Source: Porticoccaceae bacterium (lineage in GTDB: Bacteria > Pseudomonadota > Gammaproteobacteria > Pseudomonadales > Porticoccaceae). Taken from it: a stretch of DNA of 64,000 nucleotides. This document shows, piece after piece, positions 60,994 through 64,000 of the stretch. The first letter of the stretch is position 1. Every line of letters begins with the position of its first letter. The notes below the pieces were generated by a model that did no database searches, was not told the DNA's origin, and saw only the letters and a program-made list of their open reading frames with translations. The position numbers were made by a program, and so were the translations under genes. The stretch lies in the NCBI GenBank assembly GCA_038150705.1, contig JAYOUA010000001.1:39673-103672 (forward strand). The letters run 5' to 3'.

Positions 60994-61905
60994 ATGAGTA
61001 TTAATTTTCAAGGTAAAGTAGCAATTGTCACCGGTGCCGGTAATGGTCTTGGGCGTTCACACGCTCTGGCACTGGCAGAGCGTGGCGCCAAAGTGGTGGT
61101 CAATGATCTCGGCGGTGCTCGCGATGGCACAGGCGCCTCATCCGAGGCGGCCATGGAAGTGGTCGGCCTGATCGAAGCAGCTGGGGGTGAAGCCTTTGCC
61201 CATGGCGCCAATGTGGCCAATTTTGATGAAGTGCAGGACATGGTTGCCCAGACGATGGCCAAGTGGGGCAGGGTTGACATCCTGATTAACAATGCCGGTA
61301 TTTTGCGTGACAAAAGCTTTAGCAAAATGGACCTGGCCGATTTCAAACTGGTTATGGATGTCCACCTGATGGGATCGGTTAACTGTACCAAAGCCGTCTG
61401 GGACATTATGCGTGAGCAGAATTATGGTCGTATCCTGATGACCACATCCTCTAGTGGTATGTACGGTAACTTTGGTCAGTCCAATTACGGGGCGGCAAAG
61501 ATGGCACTGCTTGGCTTTATGAACACCCTGGTTCTCGAGGGTGGCAAAAACAATATTCATATCAACGCTCTGGCGCCTACTGCCGGTACTCGAATGACCG
61601 AAGATCTGTTGCCACCGCCGGTGCTAGGTATGCTGACACCCGAGTCTGTTACTGCGGGCGCTCTGGTGCTCTGTGATGAGAGTGCCCCAACCAGAACGAT
61701 TCTCTGTGCCGGTGCCGGTGGTTACGCCACAGCCAGTATGTATGAGAGTGATGGCATCTTTGTTCCCGCAGATAGGCAGAATCCCGATGAGATCAAAGCC
61801 AATTGGGATCAGCTGTCAGATATCTCCGGTCACCAAGCGCTGGAATCCGGTGCCAAACAGACCGAGAAGTTTGTGATGAAAGCTATGGCTGCACTGCAAG
61901 GTTGA
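60994..61905 (+). CDS. SDR 3-hydroxyacyl-CoA dehydrogenase (MFE-2/HSD17B4-like)
   Basis: TGAGNGLG, VVVNDLGG, NNAGILRDKSF, GNFGQSNYGAAK. Confidence 0.9.
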   Translation: MSINFQGKVAIVTGAGNGLGRSHALALAERGAKVVVNDLGGARDGTGASSEAAMEVVGLIEAAGGEAFAHGANVANFDEVQDMVAQTMAKWGRVDILINNAGILRDKSFSKMDLADFKLVMDVHLMGSVNCTKAVWDIMREQNYGRILMTTSSSGMYGNFGQSNYGAAKMALLGFMNTLVLEGGKNNIHINALAPTAGTRMTEDLLPPPVLGMLTPESVTAGALVLCDESAPTRTILCAGAGGYATASMYESDGIFVPADRQNPDEIKANWDQLSDISGHQALESGAKQTEKFVMKAMAALQG

Positions 61906-61964
61906 TAAAGAGCAGAGCCAATAAAAAGCAGGACTAAAAAAATAAATTTATAAAGGATTTTGTT

Positions 61965-63146
61965 ATGAAAGAAGCCGTTATTGTTGCAGCTGCTCGCACC
62001 CCAATCGGTCGGGCCTTTCGTGGTGCATTCAACAACCTTGAAGCACCTTCCATGAGCTCTTATGCCATCAATGCAGCTATTGAGCGCGCAGGCGTTGACC
62101 CGGCAGAAATTGATGACTGCATAATCGGCGCGGCGATGCAGCAGGGTACCCAGACCATGAACCTCGGACGCCAGGCAGTTATGGCTGCGGGTCTTCCAGT
62201 GACTGTCTCGGGGATGACGGTTGATCGTCAGTGCTCCTCCGGTCTGATGGCTATCTCTATTGGTGCCAATAATATTACCAACGATGGTTCCCAGGTTATT
62301 GTCGCCGGTGGCTGTGAGTCCGTCAGCCTAATTCAGAATGAACACTTTAATGCTCATCGGCTGGTCGATCCGCTGGCTATCAAGCATGCGCCACTTATCC
62401 ATATGCCGATGCTGGATACTGCGGAGACGGTGGCCAAGCGCTACGCTATTTCCCGTGAAGCCCAGGATGAATACGCGGTTATCTCCCAGGCGCGCACGGC
62501 GGCGGCCCAGGAGGCTGGACTGTTTGCCGATGAAGTGGTGCCAGTGACAGCTACCAAGTTGGTCACCAATCGTGAGACTGGTGAGGTGACAAAAGAACAG
62601 GTGACACTCAGCAAAGACGAGGGTAACCGACCCGGTACCAGTCTTGAGAATCTCGCTGGCCTAAAAGCAGTGCGCGAGGGAGGCTCAATTACCGCGGGCA
62701 ATGCCTCGCAGCTGTCCGATGGAGCGGCAGCGGTGGTCATGATGGACGGCACACTGGCTTCGCAGCGCAATCTCGAACCGCTGGGTGTCTATCGCGGGAT
62801 GGCAGTTGCCGGTTGTGAGCCGGATGAAATGGGTATAGGTCCGGTATTCGCAATTCCCAAGTTGCTGCAGCGCAACGGTTTGGCGATGGAGGATATTGGG
62901 CTATGGGAGCTAAACGAGGCTTTTGCAGTGCAGGTGCTTTACTGTCGCGATAAGCTCGGAATTCCTATGGAGCGTTTGAATGTCAATGGCGGCTCTATCT
63001 CTATAGGCCACCCCTTTGGTATGAGTGGCGCGCGTATGGTTATGCATGCGCTGATGGAGGCCAGGCGGCGCGGTGAAAAGTACGTTGTGATCACCATGTG
63101 CGTCGGTGGCGGTATGGGTGCTGCGGGTCTGTTTGAGGTATTCTAA
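61965..63146 (+). CDS. Acetyl-CoA C-acyltransferase (thiolase)
   Basis: [39 protein letters not shown]. Confidence 0.95.
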   Translation: MKEAVIVAAARTPIGRAFRGAFNNLEAPSMSSYAINAAIERAGVDPAEIDDCIIGAAMQQGTQTMNLGRQAVMAAGLPVTVSGMTVDRQCSSGLMAISIGANNITNDGSQVIVAGGCESVSLIQNEHFNAHRLVDPLAIKHAPLIHMPMLDTAETVAKRYAISREAQDEYAVISQARTAAAQEAGLFADEVVPVTATKLVTNRETGEVTKEQVTLSKDEGNRPGTSLENLAGLKAVREGGSITAGNASQLSDGAAAVVMMDGTLASQRNLEPLGVYRGMAVAGCEPDEMGIGPVFAIPKLLQRNGLAMEDIGLWELNEAFAVQVLYCRDKLGIPMERLNVNGGSISIGHPFGMSGARMVMHALMEARRRGEKYVVITMCVGGGMGAAGLFEVF

Positions 63147-63201
63147 ACAGCGGCTGTAACCAGAGGTTAACAATAATTATAAAATGCTAGAAGGGCAGCC
63201 C

Positions 63202-64000
63202 ATGAGAAAACCCAATTTCAGCAGTCATATTTTGCCACGCGGCTTTGTGCCGCTCTGTTTTCTGGGGGTGGCATTGCTGCTCGGCGGCTGTGATAACCAG
63301 GTGGAGAGCAGCAGCCGGCAATCTGCAGCTAGTGAATTTACTGTTGCCAGCAATAAAAAGGTTGCCGACGCTCTCGGCCTGGATAATTCTGATGTGGAAA
63401 ATCATCAGGATTTCCGCGATGCAACTCGAGGGCTAATCGCTGCTGCACCCAAAGATATTATTACTAACAGCCAGGGTGAAAAAGTCTGGGATGCCAGTGC
63501 CTATGACTTTATACAGGGTCAGGCGCCAGATACGGTTAATCCGAGTCTCTGGCGCCAGGCTAAACTTAACAATATTCGCGGGCTTTTTCAGGTCGACGAG
63601 CATATCTATCAACTACGTGGTTTTGATCTTGCCAATACGACCCTAATCAGGGGCCAGAGCGGTTGGATCCTGGTGGATCCGCTGACCACCCTCGAAACCA
63701 CTCAATCGGCAATGGCCTTTGCCGAGCAGCATCTTGGCGAGATTAAGCTCTCTGCGATTATCTTCACTCACAGCCATATCGATCACTTTGGCGGTGTGCT
63801 CTCATTGATTGATAGAGAGCAGGCTGCCGAACAGGGTGTACCGATTATTGCACCTTCGGGGTTTATGCATGAAGCAGTCAGCGAAAATATTCTCGCCGGC
63901 CCGGCGATGATGCGCCGCGGTGCCTATATGATGGGCAATATACTGGATCGCTCGGCTACTGGTCATGTGGATACCGGGCTCGGTAAACAGGTTATTTTTG
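63202..64000 (+). CDS. Alkyl/aryl sulfatase (SdsA1/BDS1, metallo-beta-lactamase fold), lipoprotein; 3' truncated and absent from the ORF track; alternative ATG 63184
   Basis: My translation: MRKPNF...LLLGGC lipobox, DFRDATRGLI, NPSLWRQAKLNN..GLFQV, RGFDLAN, THSHIDHFGGV. Confidence 0.88.
   Translation, partial: MRKPNFSSHILPRGFVPLCFLGVALLLGGCDNQVESSSRQSAASEFTVASNKKVADALGLDNSDVENHQDFRDATRGLIAAAPKDIITNSQGEKVWDASAYDFIQGQAPDTVNPSLWRQAKLNNIRGLFQVDEHIYQLRGFDLANTTLIRGQSGWILVDPLTTLETTQSAMAFAEQHLGEIKLSAIIFTHSHIDHFGGVLSLIDREQAAEQGVPIIAPSGFMHEAVSENILAGPAMMRRGAYMMGNILDRSATGHVDTGLGKQVIF

Overview
64 kb from a ~50% GC gammaproteobacterium. Gene content and order suggest a marine Cellvibrionales/Porticoccaceae-like organism; this is inference and was not searched. 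From left to right the window holds: the 3' part of pepN; an alpha/beta hydrolase; an orphan ParA; a moxR-DUF58-DUF4381-batA-batB/C-batD operon; large NAD-glutamate dehydrogenase; rmf; rlmKL; and the conserved thrS-infC-rpmI-rplT-pheST-ihfA-merR-tRNA-Pro(GGG) block. Directly after the tRNA comes a ~20 kb respiratory nitrate module: an alginate-export-family beta-barrel, three NarK/NNP transporters, a PP2C-phosphatase/Ser-Thr-kinase fusion, hemN, narL, narX, narGHJI and an orphan H-NOX. It carries several FNR boxes and NarL 7-2-7 sites and has no nitrite reductase in the window. The rest is metY, a glucosylglycerate operon with a sigma-54 promoter and a near-consensus NtrC site downstream of it, and an acyl-CoA/lipid catabolic cluster ending in a truncated alkyl-sulfatase. 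I saw no CRISPR array, integrase or transposase. Best leads: (1) the FNR-boxed NasA-type transporter plus phosphatase-kinase unit; (2) the downstream NtrC enhancer of the glucosylglycerate operon; (3) the orphan H-NOX beside narI; (4) the FNR-boxed porin; (5) an SD-occluding alternative hairpin pair in the rmf leader. All motif calls were made by eye.
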